Of a stretch of 64,000 nucleotides of DNA, positions 36,303 to 48,400 are shown one piece after another (positions within the stretch are counted from its first letter, which is position 1; each line of letters starts with the position of its first letter). This stretch comes from Phoronis australis (lineage: Eukaryota; Animalia; Phoronida), in assembly GCA_002633005.1 (NCBI GenBank), contig NMRA01000013.1, forward strand, positions 261,498-325,497. The letters are read 5' to 3'. The notes beneath the pieces were generated by a model. The model saw nothing but the letters and a program-made list of their open reading frames with translations, made no database searches and had not been told where the DNA came from. Made by a program: the position numbers and the translations under genes.

Positions 36303-36396
36303 GATGAGTACCCTTTCTAAAAAGTTGAAAAATAACCACTCATTGGGTTCATCTATTAACTACAAGAGTGTATGACCAAGGGGTGTGCGGTATCCA

Positions 36397-36610
36397 GCAG
36401 TGTGGCTCAGTGGGATAGGTGTCCGCGACCTTTATTCAAGCTCATAGGTTCAAGTCCCACTAGGGCACACTGTTAGACCATAGAGTCAGGTCTCTAGCTT
36501 CTCAGCTCGGTTTCATCTCATAGTAATAAAACACAAAAATGGTTCCACGTGGTCAATGCAATGGGCCCACATGAGCGCATGGTACAAACGTGTATCAGAC
36601 CGCCTGCAAT
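36397..36610 (+). mobile_element. tRNA-derived SINE, full-length copy
   Basis: A-box TGGCTCAGTGG and B-box GGTTCAAGTCC, followed by a body shared with three other copies. Confidence 0.78.
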
Positions 36611-39600
36611 GGGTATTATCTATCTATATCATAAGCGGAACTGTAAAGGGAGTCCGCCTGCTCCCCACGATCATCGATCTCTCTGAGCGCATCCCTTACA
36701 ACATCCTAGGTTCGTTAGTGTACACAAATGCATATTTGACTTCTAAGAGTCTAGTTAAATTTTATTCCCAAATCAGTGTTAGACCCTTTACTCACATCTA
36801 AATTCGGAAGGGGGAAGTCGTCTACAAAAAATCGGAATCTGTATGTAGGCTGAGCTTGATGTGCACAAAATGGAATCGGATGGTCGTGGGTAATCTCACT
36901 ATCAAGGATATGATGGTTTACTGTATTTTTCAAGCAAGAATTTGAAGAACATTATTCAAATGAAACATAAAATATGGCTTTCAAGTTCCTGAAAGTTTGT
37001 TGGAAATTTCTACGATAAGCTGGAACTGTGGTTTGCCTTTAAAAGGATTAACAGATTTACGTTCGAAAAACTCGCTTGGTGATTATTAGTGAATGCGACA
37101 GTCTTCTTGAAGCTATATTCAAGCATTACAAGTGGACAGTTATTGCGTTGCTCTCTAGACATTCACTAAAATCAGTGTCCGGTGGGGTATATTTCTGCCC
37201 GAGCTGTGGTTTAACTGCGACCGCTGGGATTGCATATTGGATTCCGCGATGAGGCTGATCTCAGAAAACCACTTTTCTCGCCGATAATTTCTTTTAAGGC
37301 TATAAAGCTTACGTTTCACTCGAACACGAAAACGCCAATTTGTTTTAATTAGATGCAAGACAGGAGAGTCTATTTAAAAAAGCAAAACATGAACTAAAAC
37401 CAACATCAAAAATATTACTGTACGTAATGGTGATCTGTATCAGTCGGCAGCAGATGTACGCATTTCGCATAAACTAAAGGTCAATCCGTTCATGGCTCCC
37501 CACCACACAAAGGAAGTGTTACACTTTGATATCCTTAAACAACGCTTTTAAATGAACAATTTTAAAGATGCGGTTTCACTTCCTCAACACTTTGTGTCGG
37601 TTACAAACACAAAGAGATCCAAATACCGCGTCTAACGCACGTCCACGTGTTTTGTGACACTAAATTGTATTTATCTGTTGGTTGGAATTTTAGCTCGTCA
37701 AATACAACGCGCCTTTTGCACAAAACAAAATTTTAATATGCAAATGGACAAAAAATGTTATTTGGCTCATAAGGTTTAAATTTGTAATAGTTACGATTAC
37801 GTCTTGTTGCTGGCTGTTGCCTTACAGTACACGAATTGATTCCGGACAATATTTTTTCTAATTCGTTAAGTTCATAAAAAGCCAGTAAGTTTCTTAAAAA
37901 TCATTTAAAGGCTTTAATAGTTTTACGTGTGCTTTGTATACTTACTCAGTGGAGCGGATGAACCTCGCTGATTTCCCATGCCATTAATATATTACCCTCC
38001 CTCATTTTTTCAGTGTTCTAATTATCGATGTGCAATTATGCTTGTGAAAATGAGTGCTAAAGTCACTGAAGACTGAGTCCTAATAGTTTATATTTGTCAC
38101 GACTGGCTCAACCTTGGGGTAGAGCGACCGTTGTCCGTTGTGTGTTGGAAACAACTTCCATCTGTCGACTTCCAACTCAACCTGAATTTACCCACAGCCT
38201 CAAGTGACACAGTTTTACACCACAAAGAGCCTCAAGTACAAAGTTAAATGCCAAAAAACCACAAAAATTGTTTTTCACGTCCACGTTGAAACGAGATCTT
38301 TCTCGCGGCCGACAAGGGCGCGTCCGTTAAGCAAGGATATACAGAATTCAATTCGTGCTTTACTACGGCGCACTTTATCCGAGTACTTCACTAAGGATAA
38401 CACTCATGCCAGGTGTACAGAAGTTCAAAGGTGAGAAATAAAAATATATTGTTTGTTGACACAGCGTCTCTCACGGGAGTAACTTGCAGAGGGTGGGGTG
38501 TAACAAAAATTGTTACTGACGCCGAGTTGGAGGATTGCGTCGGTTTCGGAGTTTGTAGTAAGAATGAGAAGATTTGTCGTCCAACCTGGTTCGTGTTTTG
38601 TTGACTTGGATAAGTGGAGGACGACCTTACGTTCGCCCTGCAAGTTCTCGTGCGCCTTAGTAAATATGCAGAGGTTTTGTTGGACTGGAACATACTTAGC
38701 CATCTATAACGTGATGAGCATTATGGTGAACTTGTGGTATGTCTATCTTTACGCTTACTATTCCCTCACTCATCACAAATCCGCTGTGTCAATTGACATC
38801 CCAGTCTTCATCGATCAGTTATGTCCTCCATGATAAGCCCGGACCAATTGCAAAGATAACTTGAAGTAGACCTCAGTTTCCTCAAGGGAGCGCGATCGAA
38901 CCCGCCGCATTTCCTTAGGCCACGGGCACGTATCATTGCACCTCATTGAAATTCAGTAGTTAAAGTTTTTAGAAGGTTTGCATATCAGGCGTTCTAAATT
39001 AAAATATTAACTTATCATCAAATTAGAATGTTGACCGTTACTAAAAGCTAACCATGGATACTCTAATTATGAAAGGATGTAAGCATTAGGCGCAGTTTTT
39101 TATCCACAAGACACATGCCTAGTTTCCATTCATGTCTTGACCGCAATAAACCTACGCTACTCGCCCACACATTATAAGACCCCTAGCCACGGTTATGAAA
39201 TGATTTCCTACAACTTGGACATAAGTGGGTAGTCAGATTATTGTGATTTGATAAAATATAATTTCAACAACCATTCCCGTTGTAAATTTATATTAGGTCA
39301 CTTGCTTAAAATCATTTCTAGTTAGCTAAACCTTTTTTGAAGTTCCGGCAGTGGCATGTCCTTAAAATGCTACGTGATGCAGTGAACGCAATTTGAGCCA
39401 AATTCAAGTACACTCTATGAGCAGATCGGAATTATAACTGGTAAGATACATGTACGTGTATACTAAAGTTTGACATTTTGCCAGTCGTGTTCACATTCAA
39501 TCGGATGTCAGAAAGGCCTGCGGTCGGCGACATGTTGACACAACTGAGCACAACCTGAATGAATAGAGAAAAGTACACGCACGGTACACGCTAATATTGT

Positions 39601-41679
39601 TCAGTAATTGCCTTTACGTGTAATGGGATGGGGTTGAGCTAATAAAAGAAAAGTCCACTGAATTAGTAACTATATAATGACCTGGGCTGTCACCTCGTGA
39701 CGGCGGTCCACATGGGAGCTCTCATCACTATCGGCGTTCTTCTTATCAACGCAATTCTTTACTGACGATATGTAGTTCTTTTCTCACCAACCACAATTCA
39801 CTTCTAACTATATCAGTTATTTTCTTATTATTAACCACTTTGAACAGATTCTAAGGACAATTCCTAGTTTTAACGAAGTCTATTCTCACGTGCAGCAGCA
39901 TTACACTTTCAAATATACAGGAAAGTGTGTGTTCTACTCGACAAAGTAAAAGACGCTCTTATCTCTATGGGCGATTTCCCAGAAAAAATAACACTCGCTC
40001 GGGGCGCCTATTCGGACATTCCGGAAATTAAAACAGGGGTTGGTTTTAATTAAAATGAAAAGCCAAATTATTTAAAAGATAAAAACATCTACGGTGGCCT
40101 GTACATTACATTTTCTGTTTTGGTACATTCCATCCGGTGAGTGAAAAGTGAAGTTCCATCCATCTTCAGTTCCACCCAATATGGAAACAGCAAGCGCAGC
40201 GAGTTCGGGACTCACAATCTACTGGTGAAACCAAATGGGGGCACCACTTCATTACTGTACACGCCAAACGCCTGTACATGTATTTCAAATGATGCGCTTT
40301 TGAAGACTCTATGTTAGTTCAGCTGTGTTCACATATTCATGGACGAGCCTACACGTATACGTGACGTAACTGTTTTGCGCGGAAGTGCTGCCTCTTGCAC
40401 AGGCGCATAGCATTTAAAGTGGAAGTGTTTGCTTGCTTTCGGCAATTCTTTGTCTTTTCAATTTTCATCCTATTATTTAAAGCTGCATTTCCTCTTGATC
40501 AGGTACCTAAAAAGCGAAAATCAAACTTAGACCTTTTACGCTCACAAAATTGATTCCGTAATATCCTTTACCACGGTTTTATTCCTGTTACCAACAAGAA
40601 CATCGACGGAAACCATTAGCGACCCAAGAAAATGCTTCGCACTTTATTGCGCTTGGCTAACCTTAAAATTGCGAAATCGAAAGTGGCGCATGTGCGAAAT
40701 GCCTGGGGTTTGGGTTGGTAACGGAAATGGAATCCTAGGACAATAACAAATATGAGACACTAATTGGATTTTCGTTTTTCTATCAGTTAAGCAAGGCGTA
40801 ATGCGTCATTTTCCCCTATTTTCTTAGCTAAAGTTATTCTGCCTTGTCAGACTTACAGAACTCTCCAGATTACATAAATCATGTGAAAAGTGGTTGTCAA
40901 CCAGCCAGATTATACAAATCCATTTCTGAAGGATAACTGAATTTCCTGTTTTGACTTCCCGCTTGCAAACAGCAAAGGTTTATGAAAAGTCAAGGCTGGC
41001 AGAGTAAAGTGAGGGCCAAGTTGTCAACAACTTGGAATCTTTCACTCAGTACAGACTCAAGCGCACCACAAAACTCAAATTGCTAAGCCAACCCAGCAAG
41101 CGACATTTTTATGAAATTGGGCAGGCAAATTCAACCGCGTCTTTGGGATTGGCCACCCTAAATTTACGAATTAGAAAATGGCACATGCATGCATAGCATG
41201 AGACTCGGCTTGCCAGTTCATTTGGCAGTGAAGATCGGATGAGCGTGGTAATGGTTTTAAACCCACATGGCATCGGTTAATAATTCAACAGTGACAGCTA
41301 TACTGGGGCAAGCCACAGCTTTGATCTACGAGAAAGTACAAACTCTGGAACACAACTTTCGATCCATATCAAAGCTAATAGCCTTGCCACGAATATTTAT
41401 AGCGATGTACACCTAAGTCGGATAGGCTCCAACTTCAGGAGCTGGCGCAAGAGCTCAAACTCGAGGAGACATTAAACAATTTTCTGAAGATCGTTTCTGC
41501 TTTCCACTCGTTTAACACCCAGGAAAAATAAAATCAAAACTAGGCTATTTACCCTTACGAAATCGGTCTCGAAAATGTCCTTACCACGAAAAGACTTTAT
41601 TTCCGTTGCCATGAATAACGTACAGAACATTGGCATTTACTTGTAAGTAAAACACGCAGTGCCAGCACACTATTATCAA

Positions 41680-41899
41680 GGGCCACGTTCCAAGAAAATT
41701 TTTGATTTAAGTCTACGATTTGTCTCAACTTCCAAACTTTAAAACTTCCACATCCGGTAAGTAGTCAGAATTAAGACAAAGCTTAAGTCAAAAACTTAAG
41801 ACAAACCTCTTTCTTGAAACCGTCTAGAGACAATTATCTTAAAATTGACTGAAATTCAAGATTTGTGTAAGCTAAGCCAGTTTTCTTGTAACGGGCCCC
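41680..41899. mobile_element. MITE, TIR GGGCC(A)CGTT.CAAGAAAA
   Basis: GGGCCACGTTCCAAGAAAA ... TTTTCTTGTAACGGGCCCC; internal TTAAGAC/TTAAGTC repeats. Confidence 0.55.
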
Positions 41900-44800
41900 G
41901 TGGGCTTTCAAAACGTGCGGGAATTATATCACATAGTTGTGAGAAGTTGTCATAAGAAGAGAGTTACTCGAACTGTCGTCCCTGTCGACCAACAAAGCGT
42001 AAATACAACCACCGCTCTTCATCCGTTTTTAGGACTCATAAATCAATTGTGCAGGGGCCTTCAGTTGTTGCCTCGGGGAATTGGGCAAAGCGCGATTGCA
42101 TGTGCTCAGGGGCCCGAAAGTTGGGAGGGTTGGAATGTGGACCCTCCGTTCAGGAAATCTATCGGTGGACTAAAGAAAAAAACGGGATCTGAGCCCCCTT
42201 ATCCCTTCATCCGCTACCGGTCCTAGTTACTGAACTTTATATTTCTTCACGCTGTTGTTGTTTCATTTTGCTTGCGGCAGCCAAGGGGGAGAGGGGGGGA
42301 GACCCGGGCCCCCTGGGCCCGCCCCTAAATCCACCTATGGTGCCTTGAGAATGTTTGATAGTTTGATAAACTGGACAAATACCTGTGGATGCATGCCTTC
42401 CCGATATCAATGAGAAAATGCGAAGCGAGTGGGTAAACCAAGTTAATTTTGAACCGAACAGAATTCTCTTTCTATATACCCGTTCAATTCCGTTACTTAA
42501 TGAAACGGGTGAAATCAGGAATATTTCCACCTCGCCGGTCTCCGACATGATCTGCGAAAACGTGCCTGATTTCCAAAACGAGGTCAGGCGCTTTCTTATC
42601 TCCGAGACAAAGGAGAGTGCTGTAGCCGTGTAATCCGGGACGACCAAGGATACCAAATCAACTTTGTATCATGTTTAATTTGGTTTGCAGAGTTTGACTC
42701 AAATTTACATCGTCTGCTAACGAGACCAACGGTGGAATCAGGTTCCGAGGGTTAAGTCATTCATTTTTTATTTTCTAAAGTTCCGACTGCATATATCAAA
42801 AGTACTCAAACCGGTATCATTTATTCGAAAATGCCATGCAAATCCAAGTCCCAACTGCATCTATAGAGTTATGACAGTTGTAACAGTTGAAGCATCGAAA
42901 GATGTCTTCCGCCTGATCTGACCACAACTATACGGCCCGTTAAACAAATGCGTCCTCATGGTATGGTGGTCGCTGAGGAACTATGCTGAGGAACGGCTGG
43001 TGCGATGATATGAGACCACCAGGTGTCGCAAGTGTAAAAAATGTTGATGTCGTCCCATTTGTTCTCTTTTGGAGGTCTGACCCGTTGTGACTTTCGACCC
43101 GACCACATAACAGGAATTCAGATCGGGCTGTAAGCGCACGGTTGACAAGTTTGGGCCGTGAACTTAGAATCCCGGCTAATACAAAACGTTTTCAAACTCA
43201 ATTAAGAATGCAACTGAGAAATGATTTCTTGTTGGGGTTTGCAAACAGCAGATAAGTCTTATTGCTGTAGACCATACTCGACACTAGTGACACTCCGTGA
43301 CAAGCTAGCTTGCAAAGCGTTGACTTAGGCACTAACCATCTGTCAGTTGTGTCGGGGCGTTGCAATAATATCTAATTTGACTAAGTACAGGGGCAAATTT
43401 CATAACGCCAAGTCAGTGGTCTAAATCAAAAGTTGCTATTTCTTATGGGGTTTATTGCCGATTTAATATCAAATAACTGTTAGCCGGGAATTCGAAAAGT
43501 GTACTTGTTTTCTCTCGGAAGATTTCTGTGAAACAAACATGTGCTCAACCACCCTATCCTGTTAGCTTTTTGTAATTGGCTAGTTACATAACGTCTAACG
43601 CATTAACAGTTAAATACCACTTACTTCCTAAATAAAACACTGCATCATTACGCAGGAGGATTTTTTGAGAATAAAATATTTAAACAATTTGCATTAACTT
43701 GAATAGGAATGAAACAAAATTCGTGTTGGCCAAAAAACTGAAGATAAAACCACTACCGCATGTGGACATGCTGGTAAAAGTTTATGATGAATAAAACAAT
43801 TACATTTCCCGGAGACGAAAACAATCATCAAATGATAACATATGATAAAACAAAACTACCACTCGATCAAAGACCCTTCAAGCCAGCCGTACGAGATATA
43901 TTGCACATTGTTAAAAATCACGTTAAAAGTTGAAAATATTTTGCTGATGAGGTTACGGGGTCAGAGTAACGACTTTCCAGCTCGACAATTTTCCATCGTA
44001 CACGTATCACGTATCGGCAAAATGTGCGGAATGTAGCCAACTTTGTAAATACCAGAGAAATATGTCACAAGAGTACGTGCAGTGCACTATAATTCCAAAG
44101 CGCCCCGTAAATCTAATTACCGGGAATATCTCCACAAGTACTGGTCAATGCCTTTGGCATCATTGTGAGCTCTCGTTGACTTATGTGTGACGTTTCGAGA
44201 TACCCGGGAAACAACGAACAAAAGAGAGCCTTCAAAAGTCATGGGAACATATAGGACACATAGCTACGGCTACAATTTATTGTCATGCGATCTATATTGT
44301 TTGGTCTGTCGTTTAAACAAAAAGTTTCAGCGTAATTAAAGATAATATAATATGCGAGCACCGGGAACAGAGTGAAGGTTTTACTTCTGTAACAAAGGAT
44401 AAACTTTATTCAAATAAAGTTTGACTTCTAAAGGTGGACTGGGTCCTGAAACACTATTCTAAGTTCAGATACCTAAGTTAAAAACGTTGGGGATTTACTA
44501 TTAAAATAATCACTCAAGTTACTGGCTCACAGCACGATCGATTACTCTACAGCTACTAACTTATTTACACTTTACACGGCGTTGGCAAATTTCATTAGTC
44601 AATAATAGTTAAGAATATATTTTAATTTTAACCCAGTGACATGAAAATTGTTTAATGTGAATAAATATTGAAACACCATGACCGAATCAATCACGGTCAG
44701 TTTCCCCAAAACTTTGGTTAGCAACATTGTGATTTCTGTTTTCAGTGCATCGGTCCAAATGAATTGAAACCGTAATTATTCGCAGATGGACGTTTTTCTG

Positions 44801-45360
44801 GATATAGTTGACAAAAATTACCAACAACTCCTTGAACATTGACCACGCGATCTGGGAAGAGGACAGATAAGCACGCCTTCTCACTGTAAACACGTTCGCA
44901 GTTCATCCGCGATGTCAACAACATTCCTGAAATCTCGGTCACTCACGAACACGAGGAGTGATGTTAGCTTTATGAATGACCGCAACCGCAATGAATGAAA
45001 GGTGATTTTGTTAACTTCTGCTCCGCTATCGTTGACCTTATGACCTGCGTAGCCCACGTGATAATCAAACTTACGCATTACGCTGAGTCAACACACACAG
45101 TGTCTTTGCTCAATGTTGCACGTTTAATCTCCCTGCCCCCGTCAAGTTAACGACCAGATTACGTTTGGAGCCGATATTCGCAACTCTGTAACAGGTCGTG
45201 CGACGTACATCGGCACTGCTACGAGGCATGGTAATTCATTGCTTACGACTGTTATTCGTCAATTACTCGCCAGTTAGAGGTCCGGGGGCCTTAAACGCAT
45301 ACCCCTCTTTCGCACGGAGCCGACCCATTCCAAGCAGACCAGGATAATGTAAGTAAAGGA

Positions 45361-45368
45361 TCACGTGA
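45361..45368. promoter_or_regulatory. Palindromic E-box (TCACGTGA) upstream of the lin-28 ATG
   Basis: TCACGTGA about 80 nt before the putative ATG, in a locally CpG-rich region. Confidence 0.4.
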
Positions 45369-45445
45369 CTGGTCGAATCAGCTGGCAGGATCCGATCAAA
45401 GAAAGGCCACAGAGTTTGAGAGAGGACAACGTGTTGTCGACCAGC

Positions 45446-45455
45446 ATGGCTACAG
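45446..45455 (+). CDS. LIN28: lin-28 putative first coding exon (MATG, 10 nt)
   Basis: Good Kozak context ccagcATGG, then ACAG|GTTAAT; phase 1 matches exon 2; resembles the very short MAEG start of vertebrate LIN28B. Confidence 0.6.
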
Positions 45456-48400
45456 GTTAATATATGAGTGTTCTGCGAATGTTCTTGTGTGTGTTTTCAT
45501 AGGTTATATAGGTAACATTTCGTCACCTTGGGTCAGGTGTGATATTTCAGTCTTTTGTGTAGTGTGCACGCGGTGGCCTGGGGCCTGTGGTAACATTCGT
45601 AGCCCCGTGTACATGGAAGGGTTATGGCCACTTGCCAAACAAGCGCAGCACAGATAATGTGACTGCGTGCGGCAAAGTAGAACAACGTATAGAAATCAGC
45701 GTGCTGAGGCGTGCTGCGTTGGTCAACAGATTCGAGTATATTATCTATCCTATGACAGCTTTTCACTTCAAATGGACCGAATATCTTGTAATGGAAATTC
45801 ACTGAGCTTTTGATTTCCACATACACGTGTTTTATTTTCATGACATCTATTCGCGACCCTTGTCAAGGTCATTTTGAACAGGAAGTGGTTTAAGAAACTA
45901 TTTTTGTATTACACAGAAATTGTAACTGGTTTCCACATTTTATTTTATCTTAAACATAGTCCACTGAAATAAGTGTGTTCTGGTTGTAGAGATTTTTTTG
46001 GTTTTTATATTGTATAATTCACATTTAGTTACCTATCCCCATGGAAAGCCTATGTCTAAGTAATATCACTATTATTAAATTGCACAATACAACAAATGAA
46101 ATAATGTTTTCAATAAAAACGGCCATGCTGGTATAATCAGTACATTTAACATTTTATTTAATTTAGCCAATATCCTAAACAGTAAGACAGACATGTAATT
46201 GCAGTTATTTGAATATACTTTTTTATTTATCTACACTCTTCAGTTGAGCTGCTAATTTTGATCAATTTTCAAAAAAATGCATTATATAATAACAAAAATT
46301 TTATAACTTTACGTGAACACAGTAAGAGCATATTAATTTTTTCTCTACAGCTATAATTATTTTTTTGTCATTGTTATAAAATGTTTTCTAATTTCTAAAA
46401 ACGAAGAATGACAGTTTTAACTGCAGCTAAACCGTTTAATTATTAATCTGTGTATGTGTCATTTTTTCATATCATTTAATAACATTTCCATAACACTGTT
46501 CGATGGAGAAAAAGATGCCTGGTGTTATTTTCTTCACAGACAATGGATTTTCATTGCAGTTTGAATTGTTCCTTTAGAAAAAATCAAATATTCATATTAT
46601 AATTTTTATTTCAATTGGTGACATCGTTATATCTAAGCTTTGGTTCATAATGAGTGGTATTCATTAACAGGAGATAGGCTTAATGTTTGTGTATTGCAGA
46701 TGTGTATTGTAGATGTGTGTTGTTCCCTGTCTCGGTTTGTCCATCTCTCTCCTTGTCCATCTCTCTCCCCCTCCCCTTGGCCCTCTTCCATCCCCCCTCT
46801 CCCCACACTGTCTCTCAATCTCTCTCTGTCTCTCTCACTTTGACCTCAGAGATTTGACTTTAGTTTTTGGTTTGGGTTATTCGGTTTTTCTAGGGTTGGA
46901 TATTATGCGGCAATGGGGGAAGATATACTTTTATAGACAAAGGAAACGTGCCTGCTTGTCGTTGATGATCGCCTGGTTTTCATGGAAAACACGATGTTTT
47001 GCCTCCGTGAACTTTTACTTGGTCTTCACATCCTACGCTGACGTTTTGGATGCGGTCCATGACTTTTGCCCACATTTGCAAGACTACAACTGGACTAAAA
47101 GTAGAGAAATGGAACGTTTCCAAGTGGACCATTATAGTATAGCTATTCATTCGTATGTTTGCCACATTGTGCATTTTGTGCGAGATTTGAACAAACATCT
47201 TAGAATTTGATGTTGTTTTTATTTACACATATACTCTGCTTCATGCGACTTTTCTGTTGCTGAAAATTATTAAGTGATTTTTGGTGGACATCTTTTAACG
47301 TTTGTCACATTTGGAATTACTGCAACAATCTATACTCATGCGCCGTACGATAATGTTAAAACAGTTCAAAACCAAAGCTCCGAGTGCTAAGCGTTGTTCA
47401 CACCGTGTCCGACTTGCAGGCAAGCTAGATGTTACCATGTTAATTCAGTTGTATTGAAGAATGGCGTCTTGCGATGCACTGTTGTCAACCGTTGACTCGT
47501 GCATTGGTTGCAAGTGTCAAGCCATTACGTAACTAGGCATAAGATTTCAGAAGGGTTTGCATTGAGGTCACTGATTACTTTTATGCTATTAATCTGCGAA
47601 GGAATTTGCCAACCTCCCATGATGTTATGTACGCCTCACCGCGGGAGCTTCCGCCAGAAAACCTGTTCGAGAATTAAATCCTTGAGTGCTCACGTTGCAC
47701 GATCCGCGCTTGTTCCACATACTGATTTGGTATTTTGGGTGCGGTTCGCGGCTCGTGGATGACCACAAGGTACAACATGTATGATGGTCAGGATTAGCGT
47801 AGGCGTACATGAAGTGATTTCACAAGATGTGTGTGACTGACCTGGGTTCTGACGAATGATAATCATTAGTTTGTGAATTGCGGTTGTACCCAAACAGTGG
47901 GAGATTTTGGCACATATTGTGATTGACTTTCCACAAAATTGCTTTGTATGAAATTTCGCTCCCAGGTATAATTATCAATAACGAAATGCCGATAAACTTG
48001 CTATTAACTTCAGTTGAAATGCACTTGCGAGCCAGGTAAATGTTCGTGAGTACACCCCTGGTTAATTTCGCGGTGCAATTACCTGTTTGCCGTGGGCGTT
48101 TGTGTGCTCGCTTTGGTTTATGCGCCGACACTACCTCGTTTATCTGGGATAGCCTACCCGTATCTTTTGTGCTGTTCTAATCCCCCTCCTTTCACAACCT
48201 GTTTACCACTGGAACACCTCAATGGAAGCCATGAAACTCACGAGTCACGAAGTGGTTCGTCACGGGACGTGCGGGGGCGAGCGCTTCCACGCGAGCTATG
48301 TCACGCGGAATCCATTATTAACATCATCATGCTGGAGGAATTTTTGCATCTTGGCGAAGTCAGCAGCGGCCTTACTACACCAGGACGTAAAATATCTGAT

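Noticed and set aside
36397-36470. tRNA gene
   Set aside because: A and B boxes are present but I could not fold a convincing cloverleaf; it continues into a dispersed repeat body, so it is called a SINE head.
38391-38833. Several overlapping ORFs in the intergenic region
   Set aside because: No motif recognised in any frame and no consistent exon chain.
42237-42656. Overlapping 139-aa and 82-aa ORFs
   Set aside because: No recognisable domain or splice structure; one end overlaps a G/C-run repeat fragment.
44687-45078. Minus-strand ORFs divergent from the lin-28 promoter
   Set aside because: Short, interrupted and without recognisable homology; an antisense non-coding transcript cannot be judged from sequence alone.
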